A stretch of DNA of 54,793 bases, taken from assembly GCA_003489165.1 (NCBI GenBank), contig DNJG01000007.1, positions 1-54,793 of the forward strand. Reading direction: 5' to 3'. The notes beneath the pieces are model-generated. The model was given only the letters and a program-made list of their open reading frames with translations. It did no database searches and was not told the DNA's origin. Source of the DNA: Nitrospinota bacterium (GTDB lineage: Bacteria > Nitrospinota > Nitrospinia > UBA9942). How positions within the stretch are numbered: position 1 is the first letter of the stretch; every line of letters begins with the position of its first letter. Shown here piece after piece: positions 1-9,013 of the stretch. Made by a program: the position numbers and the translations under genes.

Positions 1-1
1 G

Positions 2-2299
2 AAATGGAAGGAAAGGTCAGGGGGTGAGATAATAAGACAGCTTAAGAGACTCGGTGCCTCATGCGACTGGAAGAGGGAGAGATTTACAATGGATGAAGGG
101 CTCTCCAAGTCAGTGAGGGAGGTCTTTGTCCGGTTATATGAAGAGGGACTAATTTACAAAGGAGATAGATTAATTAACTGGTGTCCGAGATGCCATACGG
201 CACTATCTGATTTAGAAGTTGAGCATGAAGAACAAAAGGGACATCTGTATTATATAAAATATCCGCTAACCCACCCCGGAGAGGGTTTCATAACTATTGC
301 AACTACGCGCCCTGAGACAATGCTCGGAGATACAGCGGTGGCAGTAAACCCCGACGATGAGAGATATAAAAATTTTATTGGAAAGACCGTAACCCTTCCG
401 ATTGTCAACAGAGAGATTTCTGTAATTGCAGATTCCTATGTGGATAAGAGTTTTGGGACAGGGGCATTAAAAATTACACCTGCCCATGACCCTAACGACT
501 TTGAAATCGGAACAAGGCACAACCTGCCTAATTTAAAGGTAATTGCTGAAGATGGGACAATGAATGAAAATGCAGGAAAATATAAAGGTTTAGACAGATT
601 TAAGTGTCGAAAGGTATTGTTAAGTGATTTAGAAAAGGAAGGATTTTTACTAAAGGTTGAGGATTATATACATTCTGTCGGTAAATGCTACCGATGTAAG
701 ACAATTGTGGAGCCGAATCTGTCAAAGCAGTGGTTTGTCAAAATCAAACCCCTCTCCGAGCCTGCCCTTGAGGCTGTAAAGGATGGGAGAATCAGGATAA
801 TACCAAAGGGATGGGAGAACACATACTTTGAATGGATGAACAATATAAAGGACTGGTGCATCTCAAGACAAATCTGGTGGGGGCACAGGATTCCTGCATG
901 GAATTGTTTAGACTGTGGTGAGATAACAGTTTCAAAAACTGATGTAAAGGAATGCAGTAAATGCAAAAGCAAAAATATTGAACAGGAGAACGATGTCCTT
1001 GATACATGGTTCAGCTCAGCCCTCTGGCCATTTTCCACACTCGGCTGGCCGGAGAATACAAAAGAGCTTAAGACATTCTATCCGACCTCTGTTTTAGTGA
1101 CAAGTTTTGATATTCTGTTTTTCTGGGTTGCAAGAATGATTATGATGGGTCTCAAGTTCAGAGGAGATATTCCATTCAGGGATGTATATATCCATGCCCT
1201 CGTAAGGGATGCAGAAGGACAGAAGATGAGTAAATCAAAGGGGAATGTTATAGACCCTCTCATAATGATGGAGAAATATGGAACCGATGCCTTCAGATTT
1301 ACCCTCGCAGCCTTCGCCGCACAGGGGAGGGATATAAAACTCTCTGAGGAGAGGATAGAGGGATATAGAAATTTTGCAAACAAAATCTGGAATGCCTTCA
1401 GGTTTGCAATGATGAACTTGGAAGATTTTAAGAATACAGTTTCCGCTTCCGATATAACCCGTCTAAATCTCCAACTCTCTGACAAATGGATTTTGAGCAG
1501 ACTGCAAAAGGCTATACGAGATACAAGGAAAGGGCTTGAAGAATATAAATTCAATGAGTCGGCAGGAATTATCTATCAGTTTTTCTGGCATGAGCTATGT
1601 GATTGGTATATAGAAATTATAAAGCCAAGACTTGCCGCATCTGCTAAAGAGAGAAAAACTGCACAATCGGTATTATTATATGTCATGGAGAACAGCTTAA
1701 GGCTCCTCCATCCATTCATGCCTTTTATAACAGAAGAATTATGGCAGCAGCTGCCCCACAAGGGGGAGAGTATTATGGCTGCCGAATATCCGGAATTCAA
1801 TGAAGCACTATTAAATGAAGAAAATGAAAAAGAAATGAACCTCATCATGGGGATATCAAGGGGGATAAGAAATATAAGAAGCGAAATGAATATATCCCTT
1901 GCAAAAAAAATAGATGTTATATTAAGGACAGGGGATGAGAAAAAACTACAGATGATTGAGAGGCAGAATTTATATATATCCGAACTTTCCAGATTAAAAA
2001 ACTTAAGTATTACAAGAAACGGAAAAGAGCCAAAGATGGCTGCAACTGCTGTTGTAGAGGATGTTGAGATTTTTGTCCTTCTTGAAGGCATTATTGATAT
2101 TCAGGAAGAAAAAAACAGGCTCAGCAGAGAACTTGAAAAAATCAACTCAGATATAGCGACACTGAATAAGAGATTATCAAATCAGGACTTTATAAACAGA
2201 GCGCCTAAAGATGTGGTAGAAAAAGATAAGGAAAAACACCAGTCCTTGACTGTAATGGCAGAAAAAATTCAGCAGAATATTAATAAGATTCAGGGCTGA
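2..2299 (+). CDS. valS: Valine--tRNA ligase, 5'-partial (N-terminus lies outside the window)
   Basis: Frame 2 is open from nt 2 (KWKERSGGEIIRQLKRLGASCDWKRERFTMDEG...). It has the class-I KMSKS motif (QKMSKSKGN), a CPRC...CYRC zinc knuckle and the long C-terminal coiled coil typical of ValRS. Confidence 0.95.
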   Translation, partial: KWKERSGGEIIRQLKRLGASCDWKRERFTMDEGLSKSVREVFVRLYEEGLIYKGDRLINWCPRCHTALSDLEVEHEEQKGHLYYIKYPLTHPGEGFITIATTRPETMLGDTAVAVNPDDERYKNFIGKTVTLPIVNREISVIADSYVDKSFGTGALKITPAHDPNDFEIGTRHNLPNLKVIAEDGTMNENAGKYKGLDRFKCRKVLLSDLEKEGFLLKVEDYIHSVGKCYRCKTIVEPNLSKQWFVKIKPLSEPALEAVKDGRIRIIPKGWENTYFEWMNNIKDWCISRQIWWGHRIPAWNCLDCGEITVSKTDVKECSKCKSKNIEQENDVLDTWFSSALWPFSTLGWPENTKELKTFYPTSVLVTSFDILFFWVARMIMMGLKFRGDIPFRDVYIHALVRDAEGQKMSKSKGNVIDPLIMMEKYGTDAFRFTLAAFAAQGRDIKLSEERIEGYRNFANKIWNAFRFAMMNLEDFKNTVSASDITRLNLQLSDKWILSRLQKAIRDTRKGLEEYKFNESAGIIYQFFWHELCDWYIEIIKPRLAASAKERKTAQSVLLYVMENSLRLLHPFMPFITEELWQQLPHKGESIMAAEYPEFNEALLNEENEKEMNLIMGISRGIRNIRSEMNISLAKKIDVILRTGDEKKLQMIERQNLYISELSRLKNLSITRNGKEPKMAATAVVEDVEIFVLLEGIIDIQEEKNRLSRELEKINSDIATLNKRLSNQDFINRAPKDVVEKDKEKHQSLTVMAEKIQQNINKIQG

Positions 2300-3281
2300 C
2301 TTTTTCAAATGGCTCATCCTTCTCAAAATCAGGACAGTAATAATCCCTGCTTGAATACTCCTGAATCCATCCATTCTCAAGCCCAAACATTTTAAAATAA
2401 TCAATTACCCTCTCGTATTCAGCTTCAGTTAAAGAATTTGAGAGCAGTATGTTTTCTTTTGCCTTATGTGTCGGGAAGTATTGGGACATTACACTGAGAA
2501 AAGTTTCTCTGCCGACCTCATTGCTTATAAATCTTAAACTCTCCTCACTCCCGGCTATACCATTAGGCAGAACAAGATGTCTTATAATCAAGCCTCTTAT
2601 GGCAATATCATTATCATCAACAATGAGATTTCCAACCTGCCTCTTCATCTCTAAAATTGCTGCCTTTGATTGTCTTACATAATCTTCCGCCCTTGAATAA
2701 TCAAAGGAATTATTATTATCACTGTATTTGATGTCAGGAAGATAGATATCAATTATACCGTCCAGAAGTTTTAGTGTATAAAGCGACTCGTAGCTGTTGG
2801 TATTATATACAAGTGGAATCTTTAATCCCTTTTTAACTGCTATTTCAAGAGCCTTTACAATCTGGGCAGCAAAGTGTGATGGCGATACGAGGTTTATGTT
2901 ATGGCATCCCTTAGTCTGAAGCTCAATCATTATGTCTGCAAGCCTTTCAAAACTCATCTCTTGATTTCTTTGGGATTTTTCAGGCTGAGATATCTGGTGA
3001 TTCTGGCAGAAAATACAGTGGAGATTACAGTTTCCAAAAAATATTGTCCCTGAACCTTTATTACCGGAAATTACAGGCTCCTCCCCATGATGAACACAAT
3101 AGCTTGAAACAATAGGAAGATAACCTGAACGGCAGAAACCAATCTCACCCGCCTTACGGTTGATATGACAACTGTGAGGACAGAGTGTGCAATCCTCAAG
3201 CAAATTATCTAAACTTGCAACACGATTATGGAGTTCACCTGAACTGATGAGACTTAAATAATTAGGAGTGTTATAGCTCAT
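2280..3281 (-). CDS. Radical SAM protein, PflX / pyruvate-formate-lyase-activase-related family
   Basis: CNLHCIFCQN CxxxCxxC triad plus an N-terminal Cys-rich segment (CTLCPHSCHINRKAGEIGFC). Its 3' end overlaps the valS 3' end by 20 nt (convergent). Confidence 0.75.
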   Translation of the reverse strand: MSYNTPNYLSLISSGELHNRVASLDNLLEDCTLCPHSCHINRKAGEIGFCRSGYLPIVSSYCVHHGEEPVISGNKGSGTIFFGNCNLHCIFCQNHQISQPEKSQRNQEMSFERLADIMIELQTKGCHNINLVSPSHFAAQIVKALEIAVKKGLKIPLVYNTNSYESLYTLKLLDGIIDIYLPDIKYSDNNNSFDYSRAEDYVRQSKAAILEMKRQVGNLIVDDNDIAIRGLIIRHLVLPNGIAGSEESLRFISNEVGRETFLSVMSQYFPTHKAKENILLSNSLTEAEYERVIDYFKMFGLENGWIQEYSSRDYYCPDFEKDEPFEKVSPESY

Positions 3282-3283
3282 AG

Positions 3284-3369
3284 TGCCGAGGGCCGGAATC
3301 GAACCGGCACGGCAGTTTCCCGCCGAGGGATTTTAAGTCCCTTGCGTCTACCTATTCCGCCACCCCGGC
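3284..3369 (-). tRNA. tRNA-Leu (anticodon UAA), class II with long variable arm
   Basis: Reverse complement reads GCCGGGGTGGCGGAATAGGTAGACGC...GGGACTTAAAATCCC...GGTTCGATTCCGGCCCTCGGCA. It has a 7-bp acceptor stem, anticodon loop CT-TAA-AA and a TPsiC arm GGTTCGATTCC. CCA is not encoded. Confidence 0.9.
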
Positions 3370-3414
3370 ATTCAAAACAAAGACCTGATTAATTTTATAA
3401 TTTCGTTTATTATA

Positions 3415-4281
3415 CTATAACTCTGCCTCATTTAAAAGATATGGCAGATAAGATTCTATGCCAATAGGCATAATATGAATACTCCTGACCATCCCTTTTA
3501 TCTCTCTGATAAATTCAGCCGCAATCCTTATCCCCTCTTCCGTCTGATTCTCTGCCGTCTCTACCCGCTTTGAAATATTCTCAGGAATTTTTTTAGTCAA
3601 TACCTTTTCATTCAAAAAGTTAATCATCTTTATAGACTTAATCGGAGAAATCCCGATAAGAAACTTTGTATTCAATCCCCTCACCTCTTCAAGAAATTTT
3701 TCCAGAGATTCCTTGTCAAAAAACGGCTGTGTCTGAAAAAACTCAGCACCTGCATCAATTTTCTTTTTGATTTTTATCAGCTCAAGTTCAAACGGCTCAA
3801 AAAAAGGATTGGCAACCCCCCCTACAAAAAATTTTGCAGAACTCTCTAACCTCTTGCCCGACATACAGACGCCCGTTTCCATTTCTTTGATTACCTTTAT
3901 AAGCTGAATAGAGTCTAAATCAAAAACAGGCTTCGCATCAGGGTGGTCTCCCAATTTTGGATGGTCGCCTGTCATTACACAGATATTCTCAATCCCGAGC
4001 GCACCTGCCCCAAGGATATCGGATTGAAGGGCAAGCCTGTTTCTGTCCCTTGTACAGGCCTGCATTATAGGATTATGGCCAATCTCTTTTAAAAGATGAC
4101 TGAATGCAAGAGAGCACATCCTCATAATGCCCCTCTGGTTATCAGTTACATTGATTCCATCAACCCTTCCTAAAATCTTTTTTGCAATATCAAGGCTTGA
4201 TGCAGTATTGACACCCTTTGGAGGCGGAATTTCAGTTGTAACTACAAAATCTTTTTGAACAAATATTTCTCTAAGCCCCAT
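3415..4281 (-). CDS. metF: Methylenetetrahydrofolate reductase, MetF (acetogen / Wood-Ljungdahl-associated type)
   Basis: 288 aa, with TTEIPPPKG, NVTDNQ and TGDHPKLGDHP motifs characteristic of MTHFR. Start is translationally coupled to the upstream metV. Confidence 0.85.
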   Translation of the reverse strand: MGLREIFVQKDFVVTTEIPPPKGVNTASSLDIAKKILGRVDGINVTDNQRGIMRMCSLAFSHLLKEIGHNPIMQACTRDRNRLALQSDILGAGALGIENICVMTGDHPKLGDHPDAKPVFDLDSIQLIKVIKEMETGVCMSGKRLESSAKFFVGGVANPFFEPFELELIKIKKKIDAGAEFFQTQPFFDKESLEKFLEEVRGLNTKFLIGISPIKSIKMINFLNEKVLTKKIPENISKRVETAENQTEEGIRIAAEFIREIKGMVRSIHIMPIGIESYLPYLLNEAEL

Positions 4282-4918
4282 TTATAACTCTTCCCGGAAT
4301 CGTCCCTGCCGAGTGCCTCTTTGCCGGAAGCACCTTTGATAATCTGTCAATTGTGTTAGATTTTTTCATCCTATCATATATTGAAATCCATACACATTCT
4401 TTTTTGTTATCCACCTCACACATCCCCTTTATACTCCCCCCGCATGGCCCATTTAAAAGACTCTTTGAACACCTTGTAACAGGGCAGATACCCCCATAGT
4501 TTCCTATAACACACTCCCCGCAGGTGGAACACTTTTCATAGAAATGTTGATGCCTAAATACATTCCCAAGAAAAAGACTGTCGCAACCCGGATACACACT
4601 GCAATTCACAGCCTCTGCAACTGCCTGAACACCGGCGCCGCAGGCAAGCACAAGTATTGCCTCTGTCTTATCAACAGCAACCTTATTCTGTCTTAATACC
4701 CTTCGTGTATCAAGCTCAAGGCATGGTGCATTGATTACAGCAGTGCCAGTGACGGTCTTCCCCTTCTCAGTCAATTTTGATGACATCTCAGCTACCTCTT
4801 TTTCTCCGCCTGTCCTGCATATAGTCGCACATTCCCCGCACCCCACAATAAACACAGAATCCTGTCCATCCATCATTCCAAGCAACTCATCAAAATCCTT
4901 TTGTTTTGTGATAATCAT
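4271..4918 (-). CDS. metV: Methylene-THF reductase C-terminal-domain protein (MetV, Cys-rich FeS/Zn subunit)
   Basis: 215 aa, Cys-rich (GCGECATICRTGG, CSTCGECV, CPVTRCSKSLLNGPCGG). Lies immediately upstream of and overlapping metF, the known metV-metF arrangement. SD GGGAGGAA precedes the ATG. Confidence 0.8.
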   Translation of the reverse strand: MIITKQKDFDELLGMMDGQDSVFIVGCGECATICRTGGEKEVAEMSSKLTEKGKTVTGTAVINAPCLELDTRRVLRQNKVAVDKTEAILVLACGAGVQAVAEAVNCSVYPGCDSLFLGNVFRHQHFYEKCSTCGECVIGNYGGICPVTRCSKSLLNGPCGGSIKGMCEVDNKKECVWISIYDRMKKSNTIDRLSKVLPAKRHSAGTIPGRVINGA

Positions 4919-5173
4919 AATTCCTCCCTAAAAATATTTAGCCATATACTTTCATCCTTTTAGAAATAGAGGCTAAAAATTGTTTATATTTGCTTTCCTT
5001 CGCACATAAAGAGAATCATCCCGTTTATTCCATACGGTGTTCTTTGCCAAATTTGAAAGGTAATATTTTAATTATCTAAAGATTCTATATGTTAATAACT
5101 ATGCTGATAAAACTTACCAATGCCTTTAAGGTTGAAATGTGGGAGATGTTTGATTTTGGTCATATACCCTGCT

Positions 5174-6991
5174 TTATTCCACTGTTACACTCTTTGCCAA
5201 ATTCCGGGGTCTATCCACATTGAGCCCCCTGCGGAGTGCCACATAGTAAGCCAGAAATTGAAGTGGTATGGACATGATTATGGGAGTAAGATACTCACTC
5301 GCATGAGGGACATAGAGGACATGCCTTGCCATTTTAATAACCTCAGTATCACCCTCAGTTGCAAAAACGATGACAACACCATTTCTCGCCTTTACCTCTT
5401 CTATATCTATCAGACTCTTTTCATATAAACTGTTCTTTGGTGCAAGAATTACTACAGGTGTATGTTCATCAATAAGGGCTATTGGTCCATGCTTCATCTC
5501 CCCTCCCGGATACCCTTCTGCATATATATAAGAAAGCTCCTTCATCTTCATTGCCCCTTCCAATGCAACCGGATAGTTTATCCCTCTTCCAAGATATAGA
5601 AATCCCTTCTTTTCGTAGAACATCTTTGAGAGCCCCTCTATCTCCTCCTCAAGCCCCATGACATCCTCTATCTTTCCAAGGACAGTAACAATATCATTAA
5701 TCAATCCTGCAGTTTCATTTTCATTTATAACACCCTTAAATTTTGCAAGATATACCGAGAGTATGTAAAGGGCTGAAAGGCTGCTTGTAAATGTCTTTGT
5801 AGATGCAACACTTATTTCAGGACCAGCGTGGATATTTATGGTACTGCCAGACTCCCTTGATAGACTGCTTTCAATAGTATTGCAGATGGATACAGTCTTT
5901 GCCCCCTTTTTTTTTCCATCCCGCAGGGCGGCAATTGTATCTACTGTCTCTCCCGATTCAGATATGGCAATTATCAGTGTATCTGAATCTATAATGGGGT
6001 TTCTGTATCTAAGCTCCGAGCTTATATCCACCTCTACAGGAATCCTGCTTATCCCCTCTATCATGAATTTCCCGATTAATCCTGCATGCCATGATGTACC
6101 ACAGCCCGTTATAAACACCTTTTTTATATTTTTAATATCTAAATCAGTAAGTTTGAAATCCTCAAAAATAATCTTTCCGCCGGAAACCCTTCCTCTCACT
6201 GTATCCCATATAGCCCTTGGCTGTTCAAAGATTTCCTTGAGTATGAAATGCTTATATCCACCCTTCTCCATTAATATGGGGTTTAAGCCGAGCCTCCTTA
6301 TATTTTTTTCAACCTGTCTATTATTTTTGTCATATACCTGCACACCCTCTTTCTTGATGACAGCAATCTCCCCATCATCAAGAAATATAATATCCTTTAC
6401 ATAATTCAATATTGCAGAGGCATCGGAGGCAATAAAAAATTCACCCCTTCCTAAACCTATTACAATGGGGTTTTCATTCCTTGCAATAACAATCTTCTCC
6501 GGATCGGCAGGACTTATGGCAACAATGGCATAAGTCCCTGAAATCTCCTTAAGGGTTTTCTGAACTGCATTTTCTAAATTACCTGTAAATTTTTTATCAA
6601 TGAGATGGGCAATAACCTCTGTATCGGTATCTGACAGAAACTTTCTACCTTCTTTCAGAAGGGATTCTTTCAGAGAAAGATAATTCTCAATAATGCCATT
6701 ATGGACAATTGCTGTCTTACCGGCTATATGAGGGTGGGCATTTTCCACAGAAGGTTTGCCGTGAGTAGCCCATCGGGTATGTCCAATACCAATCATTCCT
6801 ATTAAAGGCTCATTATAGAGGCTTTCCTTCAGGACATCTATATTCCCAACCCTCTTCCTTATGCCGAGGCTATTGTCTTTAATTACAGCTATACCTGTAG
6901 AGTCATAACCCCTGTATTCAAGCCTCTTTAAGGTATCAATCAGTATTGGGACAGCATTCTGCCACCCTATGTAACCCACGATTCCTGACAT
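5174..6991 (-). CDS. glmS: Glutamine--fructose-6-phosphate aminotransferase (isomerizing); N-terminus reads Met-Ser, not Met-Cys
   Basis: 605 aa, full-length colinear GlmS (MxGIVGYIG..., two SIS domains, C-terminal NLAKSVTVE). Codon 2 is TCA (Ser), read directly from nt 6988-6986. Confidence 0.93.
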   Translation of the reverse strand: MSGIVGYIGWQNAVPILIDTLKRLEYRGYDSTGIAVIKDNSLGIRKRVGNIDVLKESLYNEPLIGMIGIGHTRWATHGKPSVENAHPHIAGKTAIVHNGIIENYLSLKESLLKEGRKFLSDTDTEVIAHLIDKKFTGNLENAVQKTLKEISGTYAIVAISPADPEKIVIARNENPIVIGLGRGEFFIASDASAILNYVKDIIFLDDGEIAVIKKEGVQVYDKNNRQVEKNIRRLGLNPILMEKGGYKHFILKEIFEQPRAIWDTVRGRVSGGKIIFEDFKLTDLDIKNIKKVFITGCGTSWHAGLIGKFMIEGISRIPVEVDISSELRYRNPIIDSDTLIIAISESGETVDTIAALRDGKKKGAKTVSICNTIESSLSRESGSTINIHAGPEISVASTKTFTSSLSALYILSVYLAKFKGVINENETAGLINDIVTVLGKIEDVMGLEEEIEGLSKMFYEKKGFLYLGRGINYPVALEGAMKMKELSYIYAEGYPGGEMKHGPIALIDEHTPVVILAPKNSLYEKSLIDIEEVKARNGVVIVFATEGDTEVIKMARHVLYVPHASEYLTPIIMSIPLQFLAYYVALRRGLNVDRPRNLAKSVTVE

Positions 6992-7730
6992 ATATCTCCT
7001 CTGCCTTTTTCAATTCCTCCTGTGTATTTATACCCATTATCTCATCAGGGTCTTCTGCTATTAGGGTCTCTATCTTTAGAGACGATTTAAAGGCAAGACC
7101 AACTACATCTGTAAGATAATATTCCTGCTGTAAATTATTCGTATCTATTTTTTTTAATGAATTAAATAAAAAATCTTTTTTAAAGCAATATATCCCTGAA
7201 TTTATCTCTGTTATCTTCTTTATCCCAGGTGATGCATCTTTTTCTTCAATTATATTTATAGCTCTTCCTTCTGAATCCCTGATTATCCTTCCATATCCTG
7301 TAGTATTATCCACATTAGCTGTTAAAATTGTAACCACTGCACCTGAGTTTATATGTATTCTAATAAGTTTTCTGACTGTGTCTATCCTTAACAATGGGAC
7401 ATCGCCTGACAGAATTAGCAGATTGCCATTATAATTTTTCAGTGCCTCTTCGGTCTGCCGAACTGCATGTCCGGTCCCTAACTGTTCCTTTTGCTCTACA
7501 AACTTTATTTTTTCCACTGACAACTGTTTCACTTTTTCTGCACCGTGGCCAATCACAACAATCATCTTTTCAGGATTTAACCCCTTTGCAAGGTCAATTA
7601 CATGGACTAATAAAGGCCTATTAGCTAATGGATGGAGAACCTTCGGCAGATGAGATTTCATCCGTTTCCCCCTCCCTGCCGCCAGAATTATAATAGCCAA
7701 TCTTTTCATAAAATATATAAAGTCTAACAT
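6936..7730 (-). CDS. glmU: GlmU-like N-acetylglucosamine-1-phosphate uridyltransferase domain only (no LbH acetyltransferase domain)
   Basis: LAIIILAAGRGKRMKSxLPKVLH nucleotidyltransferase signature. The ORF stops 56 nt inside glmS, and no hexapeptide-repeat region follows in any frame. Alternative start is the ATG at 7709 (MKRLAIIIL). Confidence 0.8.
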   Translation of the reverse strand: MLDFIYFMKRLAIIILAAGRGKRMKSHLPKVLHPLANRPLLVHVIDLAKGLNPEKMIVVIGHGAEKVKQLSVEKIKFVEQKEQLGTGHAVRQTEEALKNYNGNLLILSGDVPLLRIDTVRKLIRIHINSGAVVTILTANVDNTTGYGRIIRDSEGRAINIIEEKDASPGIKKITEINSGIYCFKKDFLFNSLKKIDTNNLQQEYYLTDVVGLAFKSSLKIETLIAEDPDEIMGINTQEELKKAEEIYVRNRGLHRVAECCPNTD

Positions 7731-7902
7731 TTAAAACTGCATGGTGTCAAAATATGTTATCAAAAGTCATAATAACCCATAAAAACATGGGATTTTTCAA
7801 ATGTCAAAATAAATTAAAATAATACTTGACAAGTTTTATAAGGTATATTACATTAATGCCTAACAGATATATTTAACATTTTTTAATTTTTTACGAGGTT
7901 GT

Positions 7903-8811
7903 ATGATTTCTTATAATCTAACCCATTTAAAACATCTTGAGGCGGAGTCAATACACATCATTCGTGAGGTGGCGGCCGAATTCAACAACCCTGTGATGCT
8001 ATATTCCATAGGAAAGGACTCTTCGGTTCTTGTCCATTTATCCCGTAAGGCATTTTATCCCGCCCCAATCCCATTTCCTCTCCTCCATGTGGATACCACA
8101 TGGAAGTTTAAAGACATGATAACCTTCAGGGACAGCTTCTGCAAGGAGCATAACCTTAAATTAATCGTGCATATAAATAAGGAGGGCATAGAAAAGAACA
8201 TCAACCCATTTGACCACGGCTCAAATATCTATACCAACATTATGAAGACAGAGTCCCTGCGTCAGGCTCTGGATAACGGGGGATATGACGCCGCATTCGG
8301 CGGGGCAAGGCGGGACGAGGAAAAATCAAGGGCAAAGGAGAGAATATATTCGTTCAGGGACGAAAGACATCAGTGGGACCCAAAGAACCAGCGTCCAGAA
8401 CTCTGGAACATATACAATGGAAAGGTAAAAAAGTGTGAATCTATCCGTGTATTTCCACTGTCAAACTGGACTGAACTTGATGTCTGGCAGTATATCTATC
8501 ATGAGAATATAAAAATCGTCCCCCTCTATTTTGCCGGAGAGAGGCCTGTAGTAAAAAGGAATGGAAATCTGATAATGGTGGATGACGAGCGTTTTCGCTT
8601 TCTTCCCGGAGAAAAATCCGAGATGAAAATGGTCCGCTTCCGAACACTCGGTTGCTATCCGCTCTCAGGGGCGATAGAATCAACTGCGACGACCCTGCCC
8701 GAGATTATACAAGAGATGCTCCTTACGAGGCAATCCGAAAGACAGGGACGGGTCATAGACCATGACGAGGCAGCATCTATGGAGAAGAAAAAGCGGGAAG
8801 GTTATTTTTAG
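7903..8811 (+). CDS. cysD: Sulfate adenylyltransferase subunit 2
   Basis: 302 aa with a PAPS-reductase/ATP-sulfurylase fold signature ([31 protein letters not shown]). SD GAGG lies upstream. Confidence 0.93.
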   Translation: MISYNLTHLKHLEAESIHIIREVAAEFNNPVMLYSIGKDSSVLVHLSRKAFYPAPIPFPLLHVDTTWKFKDMITFRDSFCKEHNLKLIVHINKEGIEKNINPFDHGSNIYTNIMKTESLRQALDNGGYDAAFGGARRDEEKSRAKERIYSFRDERHQWDPKNQRPELWNIYNGKVKKCESIRVFPLSNWTELDVWQYIYHENIKIVPLYFAGERPVVKRNGNLIMVDDERFRFLPGEKSEMKMVRFRTLGCYPLSGAIESTATTLPEIIQEMLLTRQSERQGRVIDHDEAASMEKKKREGYF

Positions 8812-8816
8812 ATAGT

Positions 8817-9006
8817 AAAGGAACAAAAACCTGATTAACCACAGAGGTCACAGAGAAAGAAAAAAAATAAAGACACTGAAAGACACAGATAAATTATGAT
8901 TAACACAGAAATAAAGAACTATAAAAATCATAAATAATCAGTGTAAATCTGTGTCAAAAAATTTAGTTTTTTCCCTCTGTGTCTCCGTGTCTCTGTGGCA
9001 AATCTT
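8817..9006. repeat. CCACAGAG-type palindromic (MITE-like) repeat, copy A, between cysD and cysN
   Basis: Terminal inverted arrays CCACAGAGGTCACAGAG ... CTCTGTGTCTCCGTGTCTCTGTGG flank an AT-rich core. The core (~150 nt) differs from copy B (14710-14889) at 3 positions by hand alignment. Confidence 0.9.
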
Positions 9007-9013
9007 ATAATTT

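Noticed and set aside
2280-2299. 20-nt convergent overlap of the valS and radical-SAM 3' ends as a regulatory feature
   Set aside because: Short convergent overlaps are common in compact genomes, and nothing else distinguishes the site.
5120-6404. Plus-strand ORFs (5120-5428, 5838-6404). Many similar antisense ORFs lie inside valS, cysN, metG, feoB and other genes.
   Set aside because: They lie antisense within long, well-conserved genes and have low-complexity or hydrophobic composition typical of shadow ORFs in AT-rich DNA.
6992-7120. glmS ribozyme upstream of glmS
   Set aside because: The sequence immediately upstream of glmS is the coding 3' end of glmU. There is no room for, and no resemblance to, the glmS ribozyme core.
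9001-9013. TATAAT hexamers adjacent to the right ends of repeat copies (9006-9011 and 54629-54634) as element-borne outward promoters
   Set aside because: The hexamer is absent from copy B and lies outside the conserved element boundary. At 9006 it is only 2 nt from the cysN ATG, too close to act as that gene's -10 element. It is most likely AT-rich coincidence.
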